Positions 8,244 through 17,516 are shown, numbered from the stretch's first letter. The stretch is 64,000 bases of DNA from an uncultured Rhodospirillaceae bacterium (GCA_964408735.1 CAYPAX010000011.1:369-64368); one strand, 5' to 3'. Program-made: numbers and translations. The notes: generated by a model not told the origin, from the letters alone.

Positions 8244-9598
8244 GCGGCGTTCGCTCGTACGAATTCGTCGCTGCGGCCGTGCTTTCCGGCGTGGTGCATG
8301 TGGCCGCCATGGCGGGCGTCATGCTCTATCGGGTGGCGCCCGACGAGGAAGTGCCGGCGCCGATGGTCTATCTCGAGCTGGCCGCGCTCGACGCCGATGC
8401 CTCAGCCGAAGGGCCCGGCGATCCTGCCATGGCGCCAGCGCCCGATCCGCTCGACGAGACCGCCGAGCCGCTGCCGCCCGATGCCATGGCACCTGTGCCG
8501 CTGCCGCCACCGCCACCGCCTGAGCTGGCCGAGATCACACCGCCCGAAGATCTCGCCGAGCCGCCGCCGCCGGAGCTGACACCGCCACCGCCGGAAGAAG
8601 CGCCGATGCCCGAGCTGGCGCCGCCACCGCCCGAGCTGGCCGAGATCCTACCGCCGGCGGACTTGAGCGAGCCGCCGCCGCCCGACCTCGCACCGCCACC
8701 ACCCGAGGTGTTGCGCTTGCCGGATCTGGCACCGCCGCCCCTGCACGAGCTGATCGATGTGGTTTCGTCGGACGATCTTGACGAGCCACCGCCGCCAGAG
8801 CTGACGCCGCCGCCTGAGGTGCTGCGGATGCCCGATCTGGTGCCGCCGCCGCTACAGGAGCTGGCCGAGGTCGTACCGCCCGAGGATCTGGCTGAGCCGC
8901 CACTGCCGGATTTGGCGCCACCGCCGCCTGAGCGTGCGCCGCTGCCCGAGCCCATTCCGCTCGACCGTCCCGAGCCGCCGCCGTTGGAGCTGGCGGCGCT
9001 GCCGCCAGAGCTCGAGCCCTTGCCCGAGATGACACCGCCACCACCGCCTCAGGCGCTGCCCGAGACCTTGCCGCCGCCACCGCCGCGGCGCGACGAGCTG
9101 GCCGAGCTGCCGCGGCCGCGACCCAAGCCCGAGCCGCCGGTGCGCCGCGTCGAGACAGCGCCGCCGCCGGTGCCGCTGCCGGTGGCGCAGCCCGAGCGCA
9201 GGCCGCCGCCGGTCGAGGAGACTCCGCCGCCACCGCGCCAAGTCGCCAGCCTGCCGGCGCCAGTGCCACAACCAGCCCCGCCTGCCGGCCCGTCGCCGGA
9301 AGCCATTGCGGCCTATGGCGGCAGCCTGTTCCAGGCCATCAACACCACGGCAGCGCGCAATTACCCGACCCGGGCGCTACAGCGCAACCGTCAAGGCACA
9401 GTACCGGTGCGCCTGACCATCGACGCCGACGGCGCCCTGCTTTCGGTGCAAGTGCTCGACGACAGCCAGGCCCATTCGAGCCTCGTCAAAGCCGCCGTCA
9501 AGGCCGTGCAAAGGGCCGCCCCCTTCCCCGCCTTCGGCACCGACCTCGGAGGAGGCCAACGCCAGTTCGACGTGCGCATCGTCTACAAGATCCGCTGA
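8240..9598 (+). CDS. tonB: TonB energy transducer with a very long acidic Pro-rich linker
   Basis: N-terminal TM with SxxxH (SGVVH), Pro-rich spacer, C-terminal domain YPTRALQRNRQGTVPVRLTIDADG...AVQRAAPFP. Confidence 0.88.
   Translation: MSGVRSYEFVAAAVLSGVVHVAAMAGVMLYRVAPDEEVPAPMVYLELAALDADASAEGPGDPAMAPAPDPLDETAEPLPPDAMAPVPLPPPPPPELAEITPPEDLAEPPPPELTPPPPEEAPMPELAPPPPELAEILPPADLSEPPPPDLAPPPPEVLRLPDLAPPPLHELIDVVSSDDLDEPPPPELTPPPEVLRMPDLVPPPLQELAEVVPPEDLAEPPLPDLAPPPPERAPLPEPIPLDRPEPPPLELAALPPELEPLPEMTPPPPPQALPETLPPPPPRRDELAELPRPRPKPEPPVRRVETAPPPVPLPVAQPERRPPPVEETPPPPRQVASLPAPVPQPAPPAGPSPEAIAAYGGSLFQAINTTAARNYPTRALQRNRQGTVPVRLTIDADGALLSVQVLDDSQAHSSLVKAAVKAVQRAAPFPAFGTDLGGGQRQFDVRIVYKIR
8510..8953 (+). 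repeat. Four tandem ~111-bp (37-aa) repeats within tonB
   Basis: Units begin near 8510, 8621, 8732 and 8843; consensus PPP(P/L)xELxxxxPPxDLxEPPPP(E/D)LxPPPxExxxxPxLx. Confidence 0.85.
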
Positions 9599-9611
9599 GA
9601 ATTCCGAAGAC

Positions 9612-11015
9612 TCAGCCCTGGTAGTCCATGGCCAGGTCGCCGTTCGCCGCGCAATAGCCGCCCGGACCCGGAGAGCCCGCAAACTCCGACGTTGCTATGG
9701 AGCGCAGAGTGTCCACCCAACCGGGATTGCTGCTCTCGCGGCTCGATATCAGCCAGGTCACGGCGCCGTGGGGCTCGGCGAAGCCGGTCCAGCGGCATTC
9801 CAGGCGGTAGCAGAATTTCACCAGCCGCTGCTCTCCGCTGTCAGCGGCCAAGGCGGCTCTCTCGTCGTCGCCGAGCGGCGCCGCCGCCAGGCTGGCGGTA
9901 CAGGCGAGATCGCTCTCTTCGCTGTGGGCGTCGGCGTTGTCGGGAAACAGCGCCACCAGGCCCTGCTCCGGGGCATCGGAGCGCCAGTGGCCGACCGCGT
10001 TCAGCCGCTCCGCCGCGGCCTCGGGGGCAAGGCCTTCGCTCTCGGCCTGCGCCAGCCAGCCCGAGATCCCTTCGTCGGCCTCCGAGAACACGCCGATCGA
10101 CGATACCCCCGAAAGGCTCATTACGACTCCGGTAGCAAGAATTCCGCCCAATCCCGCCGCGACCATTGCCAGCCCCGGGAGTGCCACCGACACAGCCAGC
10201 CAGCCATTCGTCGGGCGACCCTTGTCCGCCGCAGTATCGCCAGCCGCGCGCGTACGCGCCTCGTAAAGCCGGCAATACTGAGCTCTCATTGCCGGCAGGG
10301 TCGCCAGAGCCAGAGCCGCTCCGACGAGCACGAGCAAGGTGTTGGGATAGTTGATGAGCACACCATAGGCACTATCGCCCCAGGAGAGATTGCTCTCCAA
10401 CGCCAGCTCGCCGACGATATCGCCGACAGCGATCAGAGAAAGGGTGCCTACCAGGGAAGCAAATATTGGCACGAATCCAAACAGGAAATCCCACACAAGC
10501 ATCGGCGGCCGGCCGCGCAAGCCCGGCCAGGTGGCCAGCCGCCGCAGCATCCTGGAGCGGGGAAAAAGCGCGAATACCAGGGTGGCGAGCGCAAAGCAGC
10601 CGGCGGGCAGCACGATCACCAGGATGATCACCGTTTGGATCATCTCGTCGCGCAACTCCAGGGTTCTGATCGCGCCCCACAGCACCGGGTGGGCAAGGTT
10701 GGCGATGGCGACCACGCCGACAAAGGTAACGACCGTCAAGGCGAAGGCGGAGCACGCTACCGTCGCCAACGACAGCGCGCCGAGCCATGGCCGCGGCATC
10801 TCCGGAAGGGGCGTGTCAGCGTCCGCCGCCGGCGGCTTGATCCCGTACGGCACCACGATGGCGACGACGAGAGCGAGCACCACATTCACCACGCTGCCGA
10901 CCATGAAGCCGAGCGCTATCACCGACAACACAAAGACCGCCAGCACAATGACGGCACTGGCGCCAAGGCCGATGTTGGAAGCCAGAGGCCGCGGATCAGG
11001 CAATCGCATGCGCAT
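9612..11015 (-). CDS. Hypothetical multi-pass membrane protein with a C-terminal Cys-containing soluble domain
   Basis: 467-aa ORF with roughly 8 hydrophobic segments; family not recognised. Confidence 0.65.
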   Translation of the reverse strand: MRMRLPDPRPLASNIGLGASAVIVLAVFVLSVIALGFMVGSVVNVVLALVVAIVVPYGIKPPAADADTPLPEMPRPWLGALSLATVACSAFALTVVTFVGVVAIANLAHPVLWGAIRTLELRDEMIQTVIILVIVLPAGCFALATLVFALFPRSRMLRRLATWPGLRGRPPMLVWDFLFGFVPIFASLVGTLSLIAVGDIVGELALESNLSWGDSAYGVLINYPNTLLVLVGAALALATLPAMRAQYCRLYEARTRAAGDTAADKGRPTNGWLAVSVALPGLAMVAAGLGGILATGVVMSLSGVSSIGVFSEADEGISGWLAQAESEGLAPEAAAERLNAVGHWRSDAPEQGLVALFPDNADAHSEESDLACTASLAAAPLGDDERAALAADSGEQRLVKFCYRLECRWTGFAEPHGAVTWLISSRESSNPGWVDTLRSIATSEFAGSPGPGGYCAANGDLAMDYQG

Positions 11016-11122
11016 ATCCTTCTAGGCTTTGCGATATCGTGGGAGATCGATAACGGCGGCCATCACGGTAGCGGATAGCGAGGGACGCTGTCAGCACTTT
11101 CGCTGACCGACTTCAGGCGCTA

Positions 11123-11527
11123 TCAGGCCATGGCCTGAATTATGTCGGTCCACTCATCGATCGATTTTGCGAACGCACGCGTCGTGAGGCCTTCCAAATA
11201 GGCCTGCCCATGATCCGAAATCGCGTGCACGTGACAGGCGACGCCAACGCGGGTCCGCTGCGGGCCATCCGGCGTGCACTGCACATCGACGAAGGCCACT
11301 CGGGAGGCGGGCGTCAGCCTCAGATAGCGCACATGCCATTGCTCGGGCTGCCACAAGAGGCAGGTCCAGAACGTCTTCTCGTCACCCTCTCCGGTGATGA
11401 AGAGCATCTCCTCGCAGGCTTCGCCGCTCTCGGGCCGGATATAGGTGGGGCTCCAGCCCGGCAGCCATGCCTCTTCGCCCTTTGGCGTGAACAACGGGAA
11501 CGCCTCGGACGCGGAGCGAGGCAGCAC
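11123..11527 (-). CDS. Hypothetical SRPBCC/polyketide cyclase-like protein
   Basis: AFPLFTPxGExxWxPGW motif; GTG start; an in-frame ATG-TAG lies 9 codons upstream. Confidence 0.6.
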   Translation of the reverse strand: MLPRSASEAFPLFTPKGEEAWLPGWSPTYIRPESGEACEEMLFITGEGDEKTFWTCLLWQPEQWHVRYLRLTPASRVAFVDVQCTPDGPQRTRVGVACHVHAISDHGQAYLEGLTTRAFAKSIDEWTDIIQAMA

Positions 11528-11572
11528 TATCTCGTGAGAATACGTTTTCTACATGGATTCAAGGGGACACCC

Positions 11573-12304
11573 TCAGTCGTCGCACTCCAGCTCCGCCAGA
11601 CGCATCTCGGCCTGCTCTGTGACGATGTTTTCGTAGGCGTTGTTGGCCGGCAACGTCGCGGCGGCGGTGAGCAGGTCGCGGGCCCGGGGGCAGTAGTCGT
11701 CGTCGAGCAGGGTCAGGCCGATGGCGTATTCGAGATTGACGCCATTATGCTCCGGGGCCAGGGCGTAGGCCTTCTCGAAGGCGGCCAGCGCCCCCTCCTC
11801 GTCGGCGTCGTAGAGCATGCTGGCCATGAGGCTGCCGGCGGCGGCGACGATCTCGGCGTTCCAGGCGCCGATGCTCAACAGCGCCGGCACCATGTTCGGA
11901 TCCAGCGCCAGGGCCTTGTCCATGGCGTCGCGGGTCAACCCGGCATAGCCCTCGCTGAGGGCGTCCACCACGCCGATGGTCTGGGCGTAGCGGCCCATGG
12001 CATGGGAATGCTGCAAGTGGGCCTGGGGATTGGCCGCATCCTCGGCCACGGCGCGCTCGGCAAGTTCGACCGCGCGCACGAACAGCGCCTGCTTGTCGTC
12101 CTCGGCGGCCAGGTAATAGCCGTGCAGGGCAAGGGATTCCGCCGCCATGGCCAGGGAGGCGGAGGTCGCGACCGCCTCACCCAGGTCGGCGGCTTCGAGG
12201 AAACGCCCCTCGTCGTACGCGGCCTGCACCTCAGGCGAGACTTGCGCCAGAACAGGCGATGCCGCGAGCATTGCCGCGACGAAGGTGAGAATCAGGGCTT
12301 TCAT
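11573..12304 (-). CDS. Exported TPR-like helical repeat protein
   Basis: Signal peptide ending VLA/Q; Ala-rich helical repeats with ALALDP and AYALAP TPR ends. Confidence 0.75.
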   Translation of the reverse strand: MKALILTFVAAMLAASPVLAQVSPEVQAAYDEGRFLEAADLGEAVATSASLAMAAESLALHGYYLAAEDDKQALFVRAVELAERAVAEDAANPQAHLQHSHAMGRYAQTIGVVDALSEGYAGLTRDAMDKALALDPNMVPALLSIGAWNAEIVAAAGSLMASMLYDADEEGALAAFEKAYALAPEHNGVNLEYAIGLTLLDDDYCPRARDLLTAAATLPANNAYENIVTEQAEMRLAELECDD

Positions 12305-12307
12305 GTC

Positions 12308-12694
12308 TCAGTCCTCCACGACCGCTTCGGCCTCGATCTCGACTGTCAGCTCGGGCAGCACCAGGGCGCTGATCTCGACCAGGGTCGAGGCCGGCCGCGC
12401 ATCGCCGAAATAGCGCTGACGGATGGGATTGATGCTCTCGCGTTCGGTGATGTCGGTGAGATAGACCACGACCTTGGTGACCTGGTCCGGCGCGCCGCCG
12501 GCCGCCCGCAGCACCGTATCGAGGTTTTGCATGGCGACCTCGAACTGGCCGACCGTGTCGGCGGGAATGCTGCCGTCCTCGGCAATGCCCACGGTGCCGG
12601 ATATCCAGATGCGGTCGCCCGCGCGCGTGGCGTGGCAGTAATGGCTCACCGGCTCGTGCTGACCGGGAACCATGAAACGCTCGATCTTGGCCAT
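12308..12694 (-). CDS. RidA/YjgF family protein
   Basis: YCHATRAG, WISGTVG, RPASTLVEISALVLPELTVEIEAEA. Confidence 0.9.
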   Translation of the reverse strand: MAKIERFMVPGQHEPVSHYCHATRAGDRIWISGTVGIAEDGSIPADTVGQFEVAMQNLDTVLRAAGGAPDQVTKVVVYLTDITERESINPIRQRYFGDARPASTLVEISALVLPELTVEIEAEAVVED

Positions 12695-12766
12695 TAAGTC
12701 CTCCCCTTGGCAGTTGGCGCATCATACCCACCGACGGCGCAATGCAAAGCGGTTAGCATGCCCGCC

Positions 12767-13432
12767 ATGACACGACGATCGGACGAGCGCTGGGCGGTCT
12801 ACTTCGTGCCCGAGCCGGACGGGCAGCTGGCACAGCTCGGCCAGGCCTGGTTCGCGGCCTATGACCGCACGCCATATCTGGCCTCGCCCCAGCGCTACGG
12901 CTTCCATGCCACCCTGAAGGCGCCGTTCCATTTGCGGGCAGACGCGACGGCGGACGGCCTGCGGCTCAGCGCCCGGCGACTGGCAATGCGTATCGAGCCC
13001 GTGGCGCTGCCGGGCCTGCAGGTGGCCGTCATGGGCCGCTATCTGGCTCTGATGCCCGAACGCCCCTGCCCGGCCATCGCCGAGCTGGCGCAAAGGCTGG
13101 TGGTCGGTCTCAGCTCCTTTCGCGCCCCCGCCCGGCGGCACTGGACCGGGCTGACGCCGCGCCAGCGCCACAATGCCCGGCAATGGGGTTATCCCTGGGT
13201 CGGGCGCGAATACCGCTTTCACATGACCCTGGCCGGGCCTTTTGCGGGCCGACCGGATGCGGCCTGGCATGCGCGGGCGCGGCGGCATTTCGCGCCGCTC
13301 GCCGGGCAGAGCGTGCACATCGGCACGATCTCGCTTTGCCGGCAGCCGGCGGCCGGGGTGCATTTCTCCGAGGTCGTGCGCCTGCGGCTTGGCGGGGGCT
13401 TGCGCAAGGCAGGGTCGCACAGTGTAAGCTGA
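12767..13432 (+). CDS. DUF1045 family 2H-phosphoesterase-like protein
   Basis: RYGFHATLKAPF and YRFHMTL, two H-x-T motifs; start chosen at ATG 12767. Confidence 0.85.
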   Translation: MTRRSDERWAVYFVPEPDGQLAQLGQAWFAAYDRTPYLASPQRYGFHATLKAPFHLRADATADGLRLSARRLAMRIEPVALPGLQVAVMGRYLALMPERPCPAIAELAQRLVVGLSSFRAPARRHWTGLTPRQRHNARQWGYPWVGREYRFHMTLAGPFAGRPDAAWHARARRHFAPLAGQSVHIGTISLCRQPAAGVHFSEVVRLRLGGGLRKAGSHSVS

Positions 13433-13482
13433 CGGTCTCTCTCGCCCGGGTTTGGGGAGGGACAGCAGGAGCCATCAACACC

Positions 13483-16400
13483 ATGGCTGAGGCACCAGGG
13501 GCAATCAGGGGCTGGCTGGAAGGCCTGGGCCTCGGTCAGCATGCTGAGGCCTTCGAAGCCCAGGAGATCGATCTCGACGCCCTGGCGGACGTCACCGAAG
13601 GCGACCTCAAGGAGATGGGCATTCCCATCGGCCCGCGCCGCAAGATCCTCAGGGCGATCGCGGAACTGGGAACAGCAGCCCAGACAGCGCCCGCGCCCGC
13701 CCGACCGCAGGAAGCCGAGCGGCGGCAGATCACAGTGATGTTCTGCGATCTGGTGGGCTCGACGGCACTCTCCGAAAAGCTCGACCCGGAAGACCTCCGT
13801 AGCCTTATGCAGGACTACCAGAAGGCCTGCGGCGGCGTCATAGAGCGCTACGAGGGCCACGTCGCGCAATATCTCGGCGATGGCCTGATGACCTACTTCG
13901 GCTGGCCCAGGGCGCATGAGGACGACGCCGAACGGGCGGTCAGGGCGAGCCTGGAGATCGTCGAGGCCGTGGGCACGATGGAGCTGCAGGTGCGCATCGG
14001 CGTCGCCACTGGCCCGGTGGTGGTCGGCGAGACCGGCGCCGGCGACGCGTCCGTGCCGAAGCTTGCTGTCGGCGAAACACCGAACCTGGCCGCGCGACTG
14101 CAGGGGCTGGCGTCGGCGGACGAGATCGTCGTCGGGCCCTCCACGCGGCGGCTGCTGGGTGGCACGTTCGAGCTGGACGATCTGGGCGAGCAGGCGCTGA
14201 AGGGCATCGTCGAGCCGGTGCCGGCGCACCGGGTTACGGGAATCGCCGCCACCGAGGGGCGTTTCGAGGCGCAGCACCAGTACCTCACGCCGCTGGTCGG
14301 GCGCGAGGCCGAGATGGCCATGGTGATGGCGCGCTGGGAGCAGGCATGCGCCGGCGAAGGCCAAGTCATCGTGCTCGGCGGCGAGCCGGGCATTGGCAAG
14401 AGCCGGATTACGCAGGCATTCCGCGAGCGTGTCGAAGATGAACCCCACACGCGCCTGCGCTATCAGTGCAGCCCGTATCACACCAACTCGGCTTTGCATC
14501 CGGTCATCGAGCAGATCGAGCGGGCGGCCGGCTTTACCCGCGACGACGAGCCGGACAACAAGCTCAACAAGCTCGACAAGCTGGAACAGCTCATCCCGAA
14601 TGGCGCGGGCCGCGCGCTCATCGCGTCTCTCTTGTCGCTGCCGGTCGAGCGCTATGCCGCGCTGGCGATGAGCCCGCAGAAGCAGAAGGAAGAGACACTG
14701 CGGATGCTGGCGGAACAGGTGACGGCGCTGGCAGCTGACACGCCTGTGCTGCTGATTTTCGAGGACGCTCACTGGATCGACCCGACCAGCCAGGAATTGC
14801 TCGACCTGGTGGTGCCGATGGTCGCGGCTCATCGCGTGCTCGCTGTGATCACCCACCGTCCCGAATACACCCCGCCCTGGACCGGCCGGGGCCATGTGGC
14901 ACCGCTGGCGCTCACGCGCTTGGGCCGCGCCGAGGCCGCGGCGATGGTCGCGCGTGTGTCGGACAAGCCGCTGCCAGACGACGTGCTCGATCAGATCGTC
15001 GCCAAGACCGACGGCGTGCCGCTGTTCGTCGAAGAGTTAACCAAAACTGTTGTCGAAGGAGGTATCCAAACAGCCGACTCGATTCCCGAAACTCTCCAAG
15101 ACAGCTTGATGGCACGCCTCGACCGCCTGATGACAGTCAAAGACGTTGCCCAAACAGCGGCTTGCATAGGCCGAGAGTTCTCCCAAGAGCTTATCGTAGC
15201 CGTTTCCCCCCTCGACACTGCTGCCCTTGAAGACGCCATCCAACAGCTCGTGACCGCCGAGCTGATATTCCGCGCCGACGCCAACTACGTTTTTAAGCAT
15301 GCACTTGTCCAAGACGCCGCCTACAACAGCCTGCTGAGGAGCAAACGCCAGCAGATTCACGGGGTCATCGCTGAGGCTCTGCAAGATCTGTTTTCCGATA
15401 TCCGTGACATCGAGCCCGAACTCGTCGCACAGCATTACACAGAGGCCGGTTCCGGCTCGGATGCCATCAGCTGGTGGATCGCAGCAGGCAAGATTGCCAT
15501 CGAACGCATGGCAATGGTCGAGGCTCTGGCACATCTCGAGCGCGCATTGGCCATCAATGAAAGCCTATCTCCCAATTCGAGGAACGACCGGCAGGAGCTG
15601 GAAATACGTAACGCGCTGGGGGTGGCTCATACCGCAGTCAACGGGTGGGCGTCGGAAAAGATATTCGAAAGCTTGAGCCCGGCCGTATCGATCGCAAAGC
15701 GCCTCAACGATTCCGAGGCTTTGCTGCCGCTCCTTTGGGGATTGGCATTGAAGGATACATGTCAAGCAAACTTCGATACGGCGCACGGTTGGATTTCGAA
15801 TATGGTGATGGACACACAGTCCGATCCTATATCAAGCCTTGCCATCACTGGGCATAGCATGGGCAGCGGCCTGTATTTCATGAAGGGAGATAATGCCCTG
15901 GCGCGATATCACGGTGACCGAGCCATAGCGGAATACGACCCAGACCGCCATGGCAGTGTGGTAAGCGTAATAAACCATGACCCACGAATATTTGCGTTGC
16001 TTTGGGAAAGTCATTTTCTTTGGGCGCTCGGCTATCCTGACCAAGCCGCACGGGCGAGCGATGATGCGTTGGAATATGCTCACGAATTGGATCATGTCTT
16101 CATGCGCGGCATGGCTCTGACAACGGCCTGCGGCGCCTATATTTACCGACGCGAGCCAGAGATGGTGCTCCGACGGACAGAAGAAGCCTTGGTCCTGGCG
16201 CGCGAGCACGACTTGCCTATCTTCGAGTTTACCGCCCGTGAATGGGGCTGCTGGGCATTGTTGCAGGCGGGACGCGCTCGCGAAGCCTACGAGGCAGCCA
16301 AGCAGGCAGCAGACGAGTGGGAGGCCATGCAAGGTCGTATTCAAGTTCCCTTCATGCGGTCGGTAATGTCTCTCGCGCTGGCGGAGATGGGCGAGGTGGA

Positions 16401-16755
16401 GGATGCGGTCGCTGCTATGGGTGATGCCCTGGCATATATCGAGGATACGAACGAGCGTTGGTTCGAGGCGGAGACGAACCGAATAAGCGGAGAGCTGTTG
16501 CTCATTCTTCCTGATCCTTGTCTCGAAGAGGGAGAGCGCTGTTTCCGCAAGGCCGTTGAAGTGGCTCAGGGCCAGTCCAACAAAGGCTGGGAGCTGCGCG
16601 CCGCCACCTCCCTCGCCCGCCTCTGGCAGTCCCAGGGCAAGAGCCGGGAAGCCCACGACCTCCTCGCCCCCGTCTACGGCTGGTTCACGGAAGGCTTCGA
16701 TACAGCCGACCTGAAGGAAGCCAAGGCGCTGTTGCAGGCGCTGGAGGCAGCCTAA
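13483..16755 (+). CDS. SAM-class III nucleotidyl cyclase-AAA/STAND NTPase-TPR protein
   Basis: SAM (WLEGLGL...LKEMGIPIGPRRKIL), cyclase (MFCDLVGST, LGDG, NLAARLQ), Walker A GEPGIGKS, Walker B LLIFED, TPR tail ending FTEGFDTADLKEAKALL; AGGAG RBS before ATG 13483. Confidence 0.9.
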   Translation: MAEAPGAIRGWLEGLGLGQHAEAFEAQEIDLDALADVTEGDLKEMGIPIGPRRKILRAIAELGTAAQTAPAPARPQEAERRQITVMFCDLVGSTALSEKLDPEDLRSLMQDYQKACGGVIERYEGHVAQYLGDGLMTYFGWPRAHEDDAERAVRASLEIVEAVGTMELQVRIGVATGPVVVGETGAGDASVPKLAVGETPNLAARLQGLASADEIVVGPSTRRLLGGTFELDDLGEQALKGIVEPVPAHRVTGIAATEGRFEAQHQYLTPLVGREAEMAMVMARWEQACAGEGQVIVLGGEPGIGKSRITQAFRERVEDEPHTRLRYQCSPYHTNSALHPVIEQIERAAGFTRDDEPDNKLNKLDKLEQLIPNGAGRALIASLLSLPVERYAALAMSPQKQKEETLRMLAEQVTALAADTPVLLIFEDAHWIDPTSQELLDLVVPMVAAHRVLAVITHRPEYTPPWTGRGHVAPLALTRLGRAEAAAMVARVSDKPLPDDVLDQIVAKTDGVPLFVEELTKTVVEGGIQTADSIPETLQDSLMARLDRLMTVKDVAQTAACIGREFSQELIVAVSPLDTAALEDAIQQLVTAELIFRADANYVFKHALVQDAAYNSLLRSKRQQIHGVIAEALQDLFSDIRDIEPELVAQHYTEAGSGSDAISWWIAAGKIAIERMAMVEALAHLERALAINESLSPNSRNDRQELEIRNALGVAHTAVNGWASEKIFESLSPAVSIAKRLNDSEALLPLLWGLALKDTCQANFDTAHGWISNMVMDTQSDPISSLAITGHSMGSGLYFMKGDNALARYHGDRAIAEYDPDRHGSVVSVINHDPRIFALLWESHFLWALGYPDQAARASDDALEYAHELDHVFMRGMALTTACGAYIYRREPEMVLRRTEEALVLAREHDLPIFEFTAREWGCWALLQAGRAREAYEAAKQAADEWEAMQGRIQVPFMRSVMSLALAEMGEVEDAVAAMGDALAYIEDTNERWFEAETNRISGELLLILPDPCLEEGERCFRKAVEVAQGQSNKGWELRAATSLARLWQSQGKSREAHDLLAPVYGWFTEGFDTADLKEAKALLQALEAA

Positions 16756-16765
16756 GCCCCCGCCC

Positions 16766-17422
16766 CTATTCCGCCGCGTCGCGCGCCGCGTTCTCCGCCA
16801 TCTGCGCCAGCGCTATCTCCAGGTCTCGGCTGTTCCGGCCCAGGCCGTTGCGGACCATGTTATCGCGCATGGGGTTGCCGTTGCCGGAATGGGCGACCAT
16901 CTCCGCGGGCGGGGTCGGGTTGGTCACCGCCGGCCAGTGGCCGGGCTGGGGGTCGGGGCCTTCGGCGGCGATGGCGAGCGGGTCATCGTCCTCGATCACC
17001 GGCACCTTGGCGACATCGACGCAGTTCCAGCTCGCCTCCAGGGGGATGTTGTTGGGATCGAAGAAATAGATCGACCAGATGGTGCCGTGGTCGACGGCGC
17101 CGGTGACCTCTATGCCGGCGGCTTCGAGGCGGTCCTTGAGGGCGAACAGGGCCTGGCGGTCCGGCACCGTGAACGAGACGTGGTCGTAGCCGATGGGCTC
17201 CTCGGTCATGGCGCCGTGGAACTTGTCGTAGGCCATGGTCTTGGCGCCGTCATATTCGAAGAAGGCGACCGCGCCATCGCCGACCTGGAAGAAATAGTGG
17301 CGGTAGCCGTCATGGCCGATGCCGGCGACAAGCGGCATCTCCAGCAGGTCGCGATAGAAGCGGATGGTCTTGTCCATATCGGGCGTGATGAACGCCAGAT
17401 GATTGAGGCCGGTGAAGATCAT
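16766..17422 (-). CDS. VOC/glyoxalase family protein
   Basis: LNHLAF, FYRDLLEMPL, DHVSF, SIYFFDPNNIPLE; GGAGAGGAG RBS. Confidence 0.88.
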   Translation of the reverse strand: MIFTGLNHLAFITPDMDKTIRFYRDLLEMPLVAGIGHDGYRHYFFQVGDGAVAFFEYDGAKTMAYDKFHGAMTEEPIGYDHVSFTVPDRQALFALKDRLEAAGIEVTGAVDHGTIWSIYFFDPNNIPLEASWNCVDVAKVPVIEDDDPLAIAAEGPDPQPGHWPAVTNPTPPAEMVAHSGNGNPMRDNMVRNGLGRNSRDLEIALAQMAENAARDAAE

Positions 17423-17516
17423 GGCCGTCTCCTCTCCAATTCGCACCCCCGTGTCTGCGAGGATAGCGCGGCGGCGCGTTTGTGCCTATAGCTTGAGGGG
17501 ACAAGGAGACATCACG

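Noticed and set aside
8510-8953. Regularly spaced GC-rich repeats as a possible CRISPR array
   Set aside because: They are in-frame, synonymously diverged coding repeats inside tonB, with no unique spacers and no cas genes.
13183-13482. 100-aa N-terminal extension of the cyclase-STAND ORF in the track
   Set aside because: It overlaps the DUF1045 gene in another frame; the SAM domain and an RBS begin at ATG 13483.
14554-14585. 9-bp tandem repeat (AACAAGCTC x2, GACAAGCTG) in the STAND domain
   Set aside because: A small in-frame duplication (NKLNKLDKL) with no sign of phase variation.
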